Below, one piece after another: positions 53,780-64,000 of a DNA stretch of 64,000 nucleotides. Position numbers and translations under genes: made by a program. Origin of the DNA: Eledone cirrhosa (taxonomy: Eukaryota); the NCBI GenBank assembly GCA_964016885.1, contig OZ024747.1, forward strand, positions 67,580,001-67,644,000. Direction: 5' to 3'. How positions within the stretch are numbered: position 1 is the first letter of the stretch; each line of letters begins with the position of its first letter. A model generated the notes under the pieces. That model had not been told where the DNA came from. It was given only the letters and a program-made list of their open reading frames with translations, and made no database searches.

Positions 53780-55060
53780 AATAATTGTTTCTACAATTAT
53801 TATTTTGGCACAAGGCCAGCAATTACCACAGTGCATTACTGGTGTTTTATTTTATTGACCCCGTAAGGATGAAAGGCAAAGTTAACCTCAGCGGGATTTG
53901 AACTCAGACCATAAAGGGCCGTAACTCTTTGCTGCAAAGCATGGCGTCCGACCCTCTACCGATACTGCCAATCCACCGCCCTTAAAATAATAATGATGGC
54001 AACTTAGCCATTCAATAAGTAGAGATTGATAAAATATGTATCAGTGTGAAATAAGAACTGGGGTCAATATAATCGGCCCAAAACCCTTGGAAATTGTGCT
54101 CCAGCATGACCATAATCCAATGAATGAATGTAGCAAAAGAATAAAAGAACGAGTTTTTACATCAACCTGAGCTGTACTGCAGATTTTTACGGTCCCTAAG
54201 ATTTGACTAGTACTTTATTTTACCAAACTTGAAAGAATGAAGTACAAATTTGAGCTAGGAATGTATAACAGATGCTAATAAATGCCACAAGGCATTTGGT
54301 CTGATGCTCTACCAATTCTAACGTTTCATTAAAATAATAATAATGATAATAATTGTTTCTATATTTGGCACAAAGGCCAACAATTTTTGGGGAAGGGAAA
54401 GTTGATTAAATTGACCCCAGTTCGTTACTGGTACTTTATTTTATAGACCATGTAAGGATGAAAGGCAAAGCTAAGTTTGGTGGAACGTAGAATGTTAGCA
54501 GGCTGTAACTATATGCTGTAAATGATGGCGTCTGACGATCTACAATGAAGATAATAATTGTTTCTACTTTAGGCACGAGGCCAGCAATTTGAAGGGGAGG
54601 GGAAAGTCGATTAAATCGACCCCAGTACTTACTGGTGCTTTATTTTATCGACCCTGTAAGGATGAAAAGCAAAGCTAACCTTGGCGGGATTTGAACTCAG
54701 AACGTAAAGGAACGTAACTCTATGCTCAAAAGCATGGTGTCCGACGCTCTACTGATACAGCCAATCCATTGCCTTCCCAATCCAGATAATAATGATAAGG
54801 ATTAGTAACATTATAAATGTAAATTCTTAACAGTGGGTGTGAGGTCAGAAATGTGGGGGTGAGCACAGCAATAACAATAATGCTTTGTAATTTAGGCACA
54901 AGGCCAGCAATTTGGCTGGGTGGAAGTTGATTATATCAACTCTTGTATTTGACTGGTACATTATGAAGGATGAAAGATAAAGTTGAACTTAGTAGGATTT
55001 GAACCCAGAATGTTAAGAACCAGAACAAATGTTACAAAGCATTTTGTCCAATGCTCTAAT
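53780..55060 (-). mobile_element. Cluster of about 4-5 SINE family A copies
   Basis: Copies at about 53780-53981 (TSD CTTAAAATAATAAT), 54350-54545, 54552-54775 and 54880-55060. Confidence 0.85.
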
Positions 55061-55251
55061 GATGTTTCTTTACATACACACACACATACATGCATACACA
55101 TGTATGCACTTACTTACACATGCACACATGTATTTAAATGCCCATATACTCACAACTATGCATACATGTTGTCTTACCACCCCAGTCCTTGTATCAACCA
55201 CTTTGTCCAGTCCTTTTTTTTCAGAATGCTGGTCTCTGGTTCCCTGGAATT

Positions 55252-55379
55252 TCATTCCTGGACGGGTTTTTTGCAGCTGTCAATTTGCAACAGCTTCAAC
55301 AGAATGTTAACTGCATCAATCTCATTAGTCTCACAGAGTTTGTGAAGGCCATAGGCATTGCTTTTCCTTCCAGACAAAA
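55252..55379 (-). CDS. Candidate second coding exon of a small secreted protein (exon 55379-55178, stop at 55254-55252)
   Basis: Acceptor TTTTTTCATTATTAG|, donor GTG|GTAAGA and non-repetitive sequence. The phase-1 frame VLSGRKSNAYGLHKLCETNEIDAVNILLKLLQIDSCKKPVQE* is the longest of the three frames and matches the upstream donor phase. Confidence 0.45.
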
Positions 55380-56430
55380 CTAATAATGAAAAAATATACA
55401 TATATGAAGGATCCCTTTGGCCAAGACTGACCATGAGTTTGCACCTAGAACATTTCTCTCTAAGGCATAAGCTTGGGGAAAAAATATATTGCAGAAGACC
55501 AATGGCCACCCACGTATATCAGTCTCCCTTTTCCATATCCCTGATGTCCAACAGAAAAGCATATGTTTTTTCCAGCTGATTGGACTGAAACTATATGAAG
55601 TCAGTATCTTGATCAATGACACAATGTGCTGCTCAGTCTGGGAGTCAAACGCATGCCCTTACATTTGTGATACCATTACTTTAACTATAAAGCCATGCCC
55701 ATTCATATATATACACATACATACAAACATACATGCACAAACATACATAGTCATGTTGAGTATGAGTATAGGGTGAGAGCTTTTTGGCCCTGGCCCTCGA
55801 ATAATTTTCACCTGGCAGTATTTATGAAGAGAGTGAAAAGGAGAGAGAGTGAAGGAGAAATAAATAAATAAAGAGAGAGAGAGGATGAGGAGTGAGTGAA
55901 AGAGAGAGATGGAGGAGGAATAGTGAAATAAAGGAAAGAGAACACAAGCTTACATACAAATTCTCATAAAATGTAGAAAATCTCAAATGCAGAAAATAAT
56001 TGTGAACAGTCAATTGCTGAGAAAATCAGGTGAAATACCCCTATTGAGAGTCAAGGTGCTCAGACACAACCAACACTCTTCTAACCACTCATTGTGTCAT
56101 CATGCTTTCTTTGGGATGAATAGGGTTAGTGGGGTCCAAGTTCTCTTCCGACCCAATTTACTGTCAAGGGTAGCCTTCATCTCTACACAGGCTTTCACAG
56201 ACAGTGAGGTTTATGCGGCTTTTCAAGGCTACAGAACCCACACCATCTGTCCAATTATATAACATGAGTATTTAATGTCTGGCATACTGTTAGATAACTT
56301 GGAGTGAGGCACCTCATACCTTCTGTTGAAAATGCCTCTAGGCATATTGGAATAATCCTTTTTTAAGTTGTTTCACTTTATTTTCAGAGAGAGTGGGTAA
56401 TGGTTCATCCAGTTTTGAGATAATGTTTCT

Positions 56431-56650
56431 TTAACCCTTTAGCATTTACATTACTCTATTGTATGTTCATGATAAAGGCTTCATCTCACATAATTATTTC
56501 ACATTATATCAAATCTATGAGATTTTAATATTATTTATTTTGAGAACAATACCTTAACGTAAATATGAGGGGTCAATTACGGCCAGTTTGAACAGACAAA
56601 GGTGAGAGAATTCTGGCTGGATATGGTCGGTATAAATGCTAAAAGGTTAA
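56431..56650. mobile_element. piggyBac-type MITE family 1
   Basis: TTAA TSD and TIRs. Confidence 0.85.
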
Positions 56651-57565
56651 ACCCTGGCTAACAGTATGTCCAACATTGCAATCTGATTAAACGTCCAGTA
56701 TTGAAATAATTGGTTCTAATTTTGGCACAAGGCCAGCAATTATCCCAGTGCATTACTGGTACTTTATTTTATCGACCCCGTAAGGATGAAAGGAAAAGTT
56801 AACCTCAACAGGATTTGAACTCAGTATTGAAATAATGTTTCTTTAAATCATTTTACTCTATTTTAAAAGAATAATGCTATGTTCAGTATTGAAATAACAT
56901 TTCTCTAAATTGTTTCACTCTATTTTCCTTTTTAAAAGAAGCACAGATACAAGAATGATTAAAAATGTGACCACACCTGCCTTCTTTTATCGATCCATTA
57001 CAAGATAACAAAATACGTTAAATAAGTTAAGAAGATATGAATTCTAATATTTTAGTATAAACAAAGTGGTTGACTTAAGACTTAAGAAGCATTAGGAAAT
57101 TTAAAATTTTAAATGTATGCAACCCAACGCAAATGACCATAATAATAGTCAACCACTATAAATAATAGATGAAAAAAAAATCAATTAAAGTACTCAGAGA
57201 GATACAAAAAAGTGGACAGTGGCACCTTCCTTACATTATTTAAGGTGGTTGACATGCATTATTCATAGTGATCAATTTATTATTATGGTCATTTGCGTTG
57301 GGATGTACACATTTAAATAGATACACACACACATATATATACATACACACACATATATATATATAACGAAGGAAGTTGTGATAAAGAACGAGGTGGACCA
57401 TAACGCACCAGAGTACTCAATACTTAGGGTAGTAGAGTGGGTAATAGGAAAAGAGTCAGGACCCCAGCAGCTGAGCTCCAGCCGTTTTGACAAGTAGAGC
57501 CGGATCTAGCTGTTGAAATGGCTGGAGCTCAACCATCGGGGTCCTGACTCTTTTCCTATATATAT

Positions 57566-57880
57566 ATCTATCTATCTATCTAAGGCGGGTAAAATTCCCG
57601 AGATCCATGGACGAGTTCTCTCCAGCGGTCTCTGTCCCTCATTATCGCTGCCATGTCCTGCATCTCCAACAGACCAGTGTCTGTCCTTAGGGCATCAACA
57701 TACGTTAACCTGAGGATGAAAAACTCAGAGCTGTATGGGAGCATCCCAAAAGTCAGCTCAAAAGTGACACAGAGGAGACTGAGGTTAGCTGGACATGCTC
57801 ACCGACATCCAGAGTTGACATTGCACTCAGTACTCCTTTGGGAGCCCCTACATGGACATACTAGAAGAGGAAGACCAAGG
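57566..57880 (-). mobile_element. RTE-type family 3, 3' fragment with 5' inversion
   Basis: 3' end plus (TAGA)n on the minus strand at 57710-57566. The adjacent upstream segment is on the plus strand at 57710-57880. Confidence 0.85.
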
Positions 57881-57922
<42 letters not shown>

Positions 57923-58434
57923 CATATATATACATATACATATATATACATATATATATATATACATACATATATATATACATATATATATAGTGAACGG
58001 GAGGGATATAGGACAGAAAAGGATAGAGTGAGACAGAGGTGGAGTGTGAGAAGAGGAAGAAAACAGAGGGAGAGAAAGAGAGAGAAAGAAAAAGAAGGAG
58101 AGAGAGAAAGAGAGAGGAGGAGAGAGGGAGAGGGAGAAAGGAAGGAGAATGGTAGGAGTGAAAAAAAAGGAAAAACCTTTTGTATCCCCTAATTTCCATA
58201 AAGAAATTTGGAGGTGCAGGGTGATATGGGTGGTTAAAGCTTATATACTTTAGATTGGGGACTAGGTGCAACAGTAGGGGAAGGGAGGGTCATCTATGTA
58301 TGCTTTTAGCTTTCGTAGTAGGAATTTCAGCCCTCCACCGGTGTGTATATTTTGTTGAAGGAAATTATATATATATACACGCACATATATATGCATGTTT
58401 GTAAGTATGTATGTACATATGTATGTATGTATGC

Positions 58435-58955
58435 AACTAAACCGGCAACCCCACCAAGTTGGTGAGGAGGGTGATTTTGGACATCCTGCAGGGCAAAAAA
58501 CAAAACCTGACAAAGGGTGGAAGAACTTATAAGAGTCAACGGCCATCCAAAAGTGTGTAGATGTACGTATAGTGTATATACACATGTACATATGTACGTA
58601 TATGCGCGGGGACATAGAAATAATCGGGCTGGATACCTGATCTCGCGGTTAAACCACTGGGAGTGAAGGACCCCTAGCCTTTGTCAGGGCATTCTTCTAG
58701 GAGAAGACAACTCAGGAAACTGGGATAACTCCAACATAGAACCTACAGCTCAGTAACCGATGATGTTCATCTTTCCTTCTTTTCAGGTTATAGCTACTGT
58801 CGCTCAGAGAGTGGGATTGGCTCAGTGCACAGTCTTTCCTCACTTTAAAAAATCTCTTCATGCATAGGCATTGCACAATAGAATTAATTGATAATTATTA
58901 ATAATGGTATATCGTGCAATGGCCATACTTGATAACGAGGGAGCAGCCATCATGT
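58435..58955 (+). mobile_element. Possible non-autonomous retroelement: RTE-5'UTR-like sequence joined to a (TATG)n-tailed 3' end
   Basis: Contains a GGGCA..CTAGGAGAAGACAACTC motif reminiscent of RTE 5' UTRs. The last ~65 bp match about 26793-26855. (TATG)n on both sides. Confidence 0.4.
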
Positions 58956-60343
58956 ATGTATGTATATATGTATGTATACATTCGTAAGTATGAATGTATG
59001 TATGTATGTATGTATGCATGTATGTACATATGTATGTATGTATGTATGTAGTATATATGTATATATGTATGTATGCATGTATGTATGTATGTACATATGT
59101 ATGTTATGGTTTACACCTGCATAGGTTTAGCTGGCCTTGTATGAGTTTGTATCCATCTCAAATAAAGTTTCCTCGTGTTTTAACTGTTAACATCCTCTAA
59201 TTTATCATAAAATATCTAAAAAGCAGGTTTGTTAATTCAAATGTTTATAGTATCTTTAGTGGGGAGAGAAAATTGTTGTGAAAATTTGCAGATTTGAATT
59301 TTTAATGTGATCAAATCAGAATGATGTTTTATATTTTAAAGAATGTCTTGAATGTGGTTTCTTCTGGTGCCAAAAGCAAAGAATTAATGATTGAGACCCT
59401 TATCATACATACATACATACATGCATACATACATGCATACATACATACATACTTACATAGATACATACTTACATACATACACACATACATATGTATGTAT
59501 ATATCATCATTATCTTTTTATGTCTGTTTCTCCATGCTTGATATGTATATGTGTGTGTGTGAGTGTGTGTGTGAGTGTGTGTGTGTATGTGTGTGTATAC
59601 ATATATAATTCTATAGAGGAAACGCCAGGAAAAAAATGACGAGAAACAACAAGCAAACAAATAGATACTAAATGTGTGGAGGGTGAGAGGAAAGGAAATA
59701 TGCGGTTCAAATTCTTAAACCTGGCCACGATCTGCTCCGCCAAAATCCACCATCACCTCCCCAAAAATCAACAAATGATAAATGACTGCCCACCGACTTG
59801 CTTAAAGTGTAACTTTCGAAGTGGAGTGTTTTTTAAATTTCCGTGTTATGTATTTAATTAAGTATATCCAGACCCATGCTAGCGTGGAAGATGGACGTTA
59901 AACGATGATGATGATTTGGTTCCATCACTATCATATTTCTAATAAAAGACACCGTCTATGATTTTCAATCAATTTTGAAAATAAGCAAGAATTTTGTGGG
60001 ATTTGGTAATGTAACTAACCTTTTCATTCAGAAGCTGGTATTTTGAACATAATTTAACAAATATTCTTACATAAAATTATGATAGGAGGTTTTTTTTAGG
60101 TAAATATAAATACTTTAAAACAACCGGGTTTTGTATCAGAGAGCCATGGGTGGTTTTACAGATGGGTTGGTATCAAAAGGGTTAATTAAAGTCATGCTGA
60201 AATGAAATGAGATGAAACGATATGAAATGAATGGAGTATGGGTGAAGTGGAGTAAGGGGTAAGGGGGTCGAAAAATCAATAAAAAAGCAAACAAAAAAAA
60301 AAAAACAAATTAACAAAACAAAAATTTTTTTTTCAACACTCAC

Positions 60344-60500
60344 CTGGTGGCAGAGCTACATTGGCACTATATGTTCCAGATGCACAGAGAACCAGCAGGA
60401 CCAGTAGTTCCAGAAAGTGTGTATAAGGTTTATTAAAACGTCTCCAGACTTGAGTACTTTGTCCACTGACAAGCCTTGAAATTGGACCATCCATTATCAT
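60344..60500 (-). CDS. Candidate coding exon with a signal-peptide-like segment
   Basis: MIMDGPISRLVSGQSTQVWRRFNKPYTHFLELLVLLVLCASGTYSA/NVALPP has basic residues, then a hydrophobic core and a small-residue cleavage site. It ends at a perfect CAG|GTGAGT phase-1 donor, and there is an in-frame upstream TGA. Confidence 0.6.
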
Positions 60501-60604
60501 TATTATTAATAATAATGATATTTTTCAATTTTAGGGGGGGAGAGTAAAAAAAAGGGGGGGAATTAAGGTTATATTTTACTACTACTAACTATTTTCTTAT
60601 TCAC

Positions 60605-60880
60605 CTGCTCTTGTCATTCCATATATCCCAAAATTGCCGGCGTTTGTCTTGTGTTCTTTTTTCCCTATTCCATGTTGGAGTAGAATGAGGGGGGAAAAAA
60701 GGCGCAACCGGCCTGTTGAGATTATTAGAACTCTCCGAGACCACTTGTTCCAATGGCTCGTACCAAGGACAAGATGAATTTGCCGTGGATTCAGCTTCTT
60801 TAGGAAGTAGGGTGTAGTAACTCAGATAATGCTGACTCTTAATCAATGCTGATTGGCTGCTCTTTTCAGGCCTCAGACAG
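60605..60880 (-). other. Candidate exon (5' UTR or phase 2-2 coding exon)
   Basis: Strong acceptor TTCTCTGTGTTTGCCCTATCAG| and possible donor CAG|GTGAAT. It is 276 nt long and open throughout in one frame. Confidence 0.5.
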
Positions 60881-61139
60881 CTGATAGGGCAAACACAGAG
60901 AACCAACCAATATTATTACCATTATTATTGTTGTTATTATTATTAGTAGTAGTAGTAGTGGTAATATAAGTTAGAAAGTTAGAAAATACTTCCACATCAA
61001 GGCAAGAAAAAAAAAAAATTACAAAAAGAAACAAACAACATTTAATAAATACATAAAAAATAAATAGAAGAAAAGGAAAAACATCTAAAGAAAGAGAAGA
61101 GGGAATAGAAAGAGAGAAGAAAAACGTGGCAAGCAGTAA

Positions 61140-61460
61140 TGTTGGTGGTGGTGGTGGTAGAGATGATGGTGGGGATTGTTGGTAGTGATGGTGGCAGTGG
61201 TGGTGATGGTGATGAAGGGTGGTAAAAATGATGGGGGTGGAAGTGGTGGTGATGGTGGCAATGATGTCGGAGGAGGTGGCGACGATGGTGGTGGTGATGA
61301 TGGTGGTAGTGTGATGGTAATGGTGGCAGTGGTGTTGGAGGAGGTGATGGCGGTGGCGATGATGGTGGTGGTGATGGTGGCAGTAGTGTTGGAGGAGGTG
61401 GTGACAATCTTAATGGTGGTGGTGGTGATGGTATGATGGCCGTGGTGGTGGTGCTGACAG
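61140..61460. repeat. Degenerate (GGT/GAT)n low-complexity tract
   Basis: Visible directly. A similar (CAC)n tract lies at about 46100-46350. Confidence 0.9.
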
Positions 61461-61708
61461 TGGATAAATAGGAGGGTGGGTATTTGATAGGGAGGGGGAG
61501 AGTAGACAGGTAGGCAGGTGGTGGTAGTGGAGAAACTAGGAGGTGGGAAGAAAGGCATATAGGGTTTGTGAGTAGGGGGGGGGGTCGGCTGTTTTCTTTA
61601 CAGAAATTGTTAAAGAAGGGTAGAGGGAATCTTATAATTAAAGACAGTTAGAAAACTCTAAATTATGAAATCTGTAAGAATTTCATTGTTAGACACAAAT
61701 ATATACGA

Positions 61709-61740
<32 letters not shown>

Positions 61741-62210
61741 AGTGATGATGATGATAATGGTGATGATGGTGATGATGAGGATGATATGATGATGGTGATG
61801 ATGATGATGGTGATGATGATGATGATGGTGGTGATGATGATGGTGATGGTGATGATGGTGGTGATGATGATGATGATAGGGGTGATGATGATGGTGGTGA
61901 TGATGATGGTGATGATGATGATGGTGATGGTGATGATGGTGGTGATGATGATGATGATAGGGGTGATGATGATGGTGGTGATGATGATGGTGATGATGAT
62001 GATGGTGATGATGGTGGTGATGATGATGGTGATGATGATGATGATGGTGGTGATGATGATGGTGATGATGATGGTGATGGTGATGATGGTGGTGATGATG
62101 ATGATGGTGATGATGATGATGGTGGTGATGATGATGATGATAATGATGATGGTGATGGTGATGATGGTGGTGATGATGATGATGATAATAATAATGATGA
62201 TGATAATGAT
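61709..62210. repeat. (GAT/GGT)n trinucleotide array abutting a SINE tail
   Basis: Visible directly. It grades into (AAT)n and the SINE 3' end. Confidence 0.95.
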
Positions 62211-62775
62211 TGTTTCTATATTTGGCTCAAGGCTAGCAATTTGAAGGGAATGGGAAAGTTAATTAAATCAACCCTAGAGTTTTACTGGTACTTTATTTTA
62301 TCAACCCCAGAAAGATTAAAGGCAATGTCATAACTAAATGTCACTCCACTGGTTCTACCTATCCATCACCCTAACAATAATGATTTCTACAATAGGCACA
62401 GGCCAGCAATTTGGGGGCAGGTGAAAGTTGATTAAATTAACCCCAATGCATGACTGGTACTTTATTTTTGCGGCCCTGTAAGGATGGAAGGCAAAGCTAA
62501 CCTCAGTGGGATTTGAACTCAGATCATAAAGGGCCGTAACTCTATGCTGCAAAGCATGGCGTCTGACACTCTACCGATATTAACAATCCACTAGTCTGAA
62601 ATATTGGTTTTTGATTTAGGCACAAGGCCAACAATTTTGGGGAGGGGAAAGTTGATTAAAATGACCCCAGTGCATTACTGGTACTTCATTTTCAGATGAA
62701 CAACAAAGCTAACCTCAGTGGGATTTGAGCTCAGAATGTAAAAGGCCATAACTCTATGCTACAAAGCAGGGTGTT
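62205..62775 (-). mobile_element. Three SINE family A copies or fragments
   Basis: At about 62205-62330, 62380-62590 and 62605-62775. Confidence 0.8.
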
Positions 62776-62801
62776 CAGCAAATAATAACAATAATAATAA
62801 C

Positions 62802-62844
<43 letters not shown>

Positions 62845-62884
62845 TTAAGAAGACGAAGAAGAAGAATGACAATGATGATGATGA

Positions 62885-64000
62885 TTTCTTTTATTTGCCA
62901 TAAGGCTCCAAGACAATGGAGTCAATACAAGGACAAAAACAACACTGATTGGGGTTTATACCAGTAGAGGACATCACTGAAGAGCAAACAGTAGGTATAA
63001 CAATAATAGAAATTAAAAAGAATATTCACAATAACAACAGTAAACAATAACAAATGTGAAGTAGGATCAGTTCCCCAATAACTGCACTTTAGGGTCATTC
63101 CAGAGATAACCCCACATAAAACCCCGGATCAATCTGTCACCTCATGAACATTAAATCAATCTCGATTTTTTTTCCTCCTGCTTAGAAAATCATAGTCAGA
63201 GTAGGCTGATTCTACCTCATCAATCTTGCTACTTTCACCCATCTTTCATAAAACAGACTAGAAGGCACAACCACCCTTACTTTCTTCTTTATGTGAAACT
63301 TGAAGAAATTGATGACAGCTTGACTGGAAAAGATGATTCCTGTTTGCAAACCTTTCAGACAAGTTCAACTTACAGATTCCTTCACCCTAGCTACTAGGTA
63401 GAGGAATATTTGCCACCACTTCATTCTAAAAGAAGGTGGCAGTTAAAGCTTCATTATTGGCCTGCTTGATAGCCAGATCTGTCCTACACATGACAGTAGT
63501 TATTTGATACAAGCCAACAAGCCTGCAATGCACAAGCACTGGCTGATAGCATGCAGGATGGTTCCATTGCTATGCATGCATCTTGGACAGATTCAGCTGT
63601 TGGCACTTCCATCCCTGTAGACTTTGTCTGGAACTGGTAGTGCCCCTCTGTAAAACTGCTATGCCAAGGATTTTTTGAAATTGTCCATAATCCTTGTCTT
63701 GAAATAATGGTATAATGGTCAGGCAATAATATACTTCTGAAGCAATGTATTTGTCCCCTTCAACCATCCTTTCTCACTATCTCTTTCTAAGTGAGATTGG
63801 CTATCTTGTTTGTGACCTCCTCCCAGTTCTTGCTTGACTGGAGGTCTGGTCCAAACAATACTTCATGCAATTTAACTTAGTTGTTGCTCCAGTGGCAGAA
63901 ATTTATATTGGTTGGCATGGGCCTGCTTCTCCATATGTTAGGTTGCAAGCCCACTGACTTGTTCTTGTTAATGCAAGCTCCAGTAACCTGATGATATTCT
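62885..64000 (-). mobile_element. Decayed L1/Tx1-like LINE 3' region
   Basis: Coding-like but broken sequence on the minus strand, with Cys/Trp-rich remnants and an AATAAAAG 3' end next to simple repeats. The tail is related to 16620-16830. Confidence 0.45.

Noticed and set aside
55178-55254. Frame stays open after the TGA (Sec or A-to-I readthrough idea)
   Set aside because: About 24 open codons is likely by chance, no SECIS was recognised, and a 5' G neighbour disfavours ADAR editing.
61786-62244. Met/Val-rich 152-aa ORF (reflectin-like composition?)
   Set aside because: It is a pure (GAT/GGT)n repeat with no reflectin motif and no Tyr/Arg content.

Overview
AT-rich, microsatellite-dense eukaryotic DNA. 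The SINE and LINE content resembles an Octopus-like coleoid cephalopod; this is inferred from repeat style, not from a search. Most of the window is transposon-derived. (i) RTE-clade LINEs with (GAT)n tails: one nearly full-length uninterrupted APE+RT ORF (7685-10683), one copy of a sister family, and many truncated copies. They encode a PHD-type C4HC3 finger inside the RT thumb region and mostly sit in (TA)n tracts. (ii) A second RTE-type family with (TAGA)n tails, whose two copies both show twin-priming-type 5' inversions. (iii) An R4/Dong-like RLE fragment in a (TATG)n array and a decayed L1/Tx1-like 3' end. (iv) Two tRNA-derived SINE families and piggyBac-type MITEs. (v) Several Penelope-like terminal fragments carrying minimal type I hammerhead ribozyme motifs, many folded back into long hairpins. 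(vi) A 2.2-kb 33-bp minisatellite. The only host-gene signal is on the minus strand: exons at about 60880-60605, 60500-60344 (signal-peptide-like) and 55379-55178, which could splice into a 94-aa secreted prohormone-like peptide. No rRNA, genuine tRNA or CRISPR array was found. Coordinates were counted by eye and may be off by a few bases.
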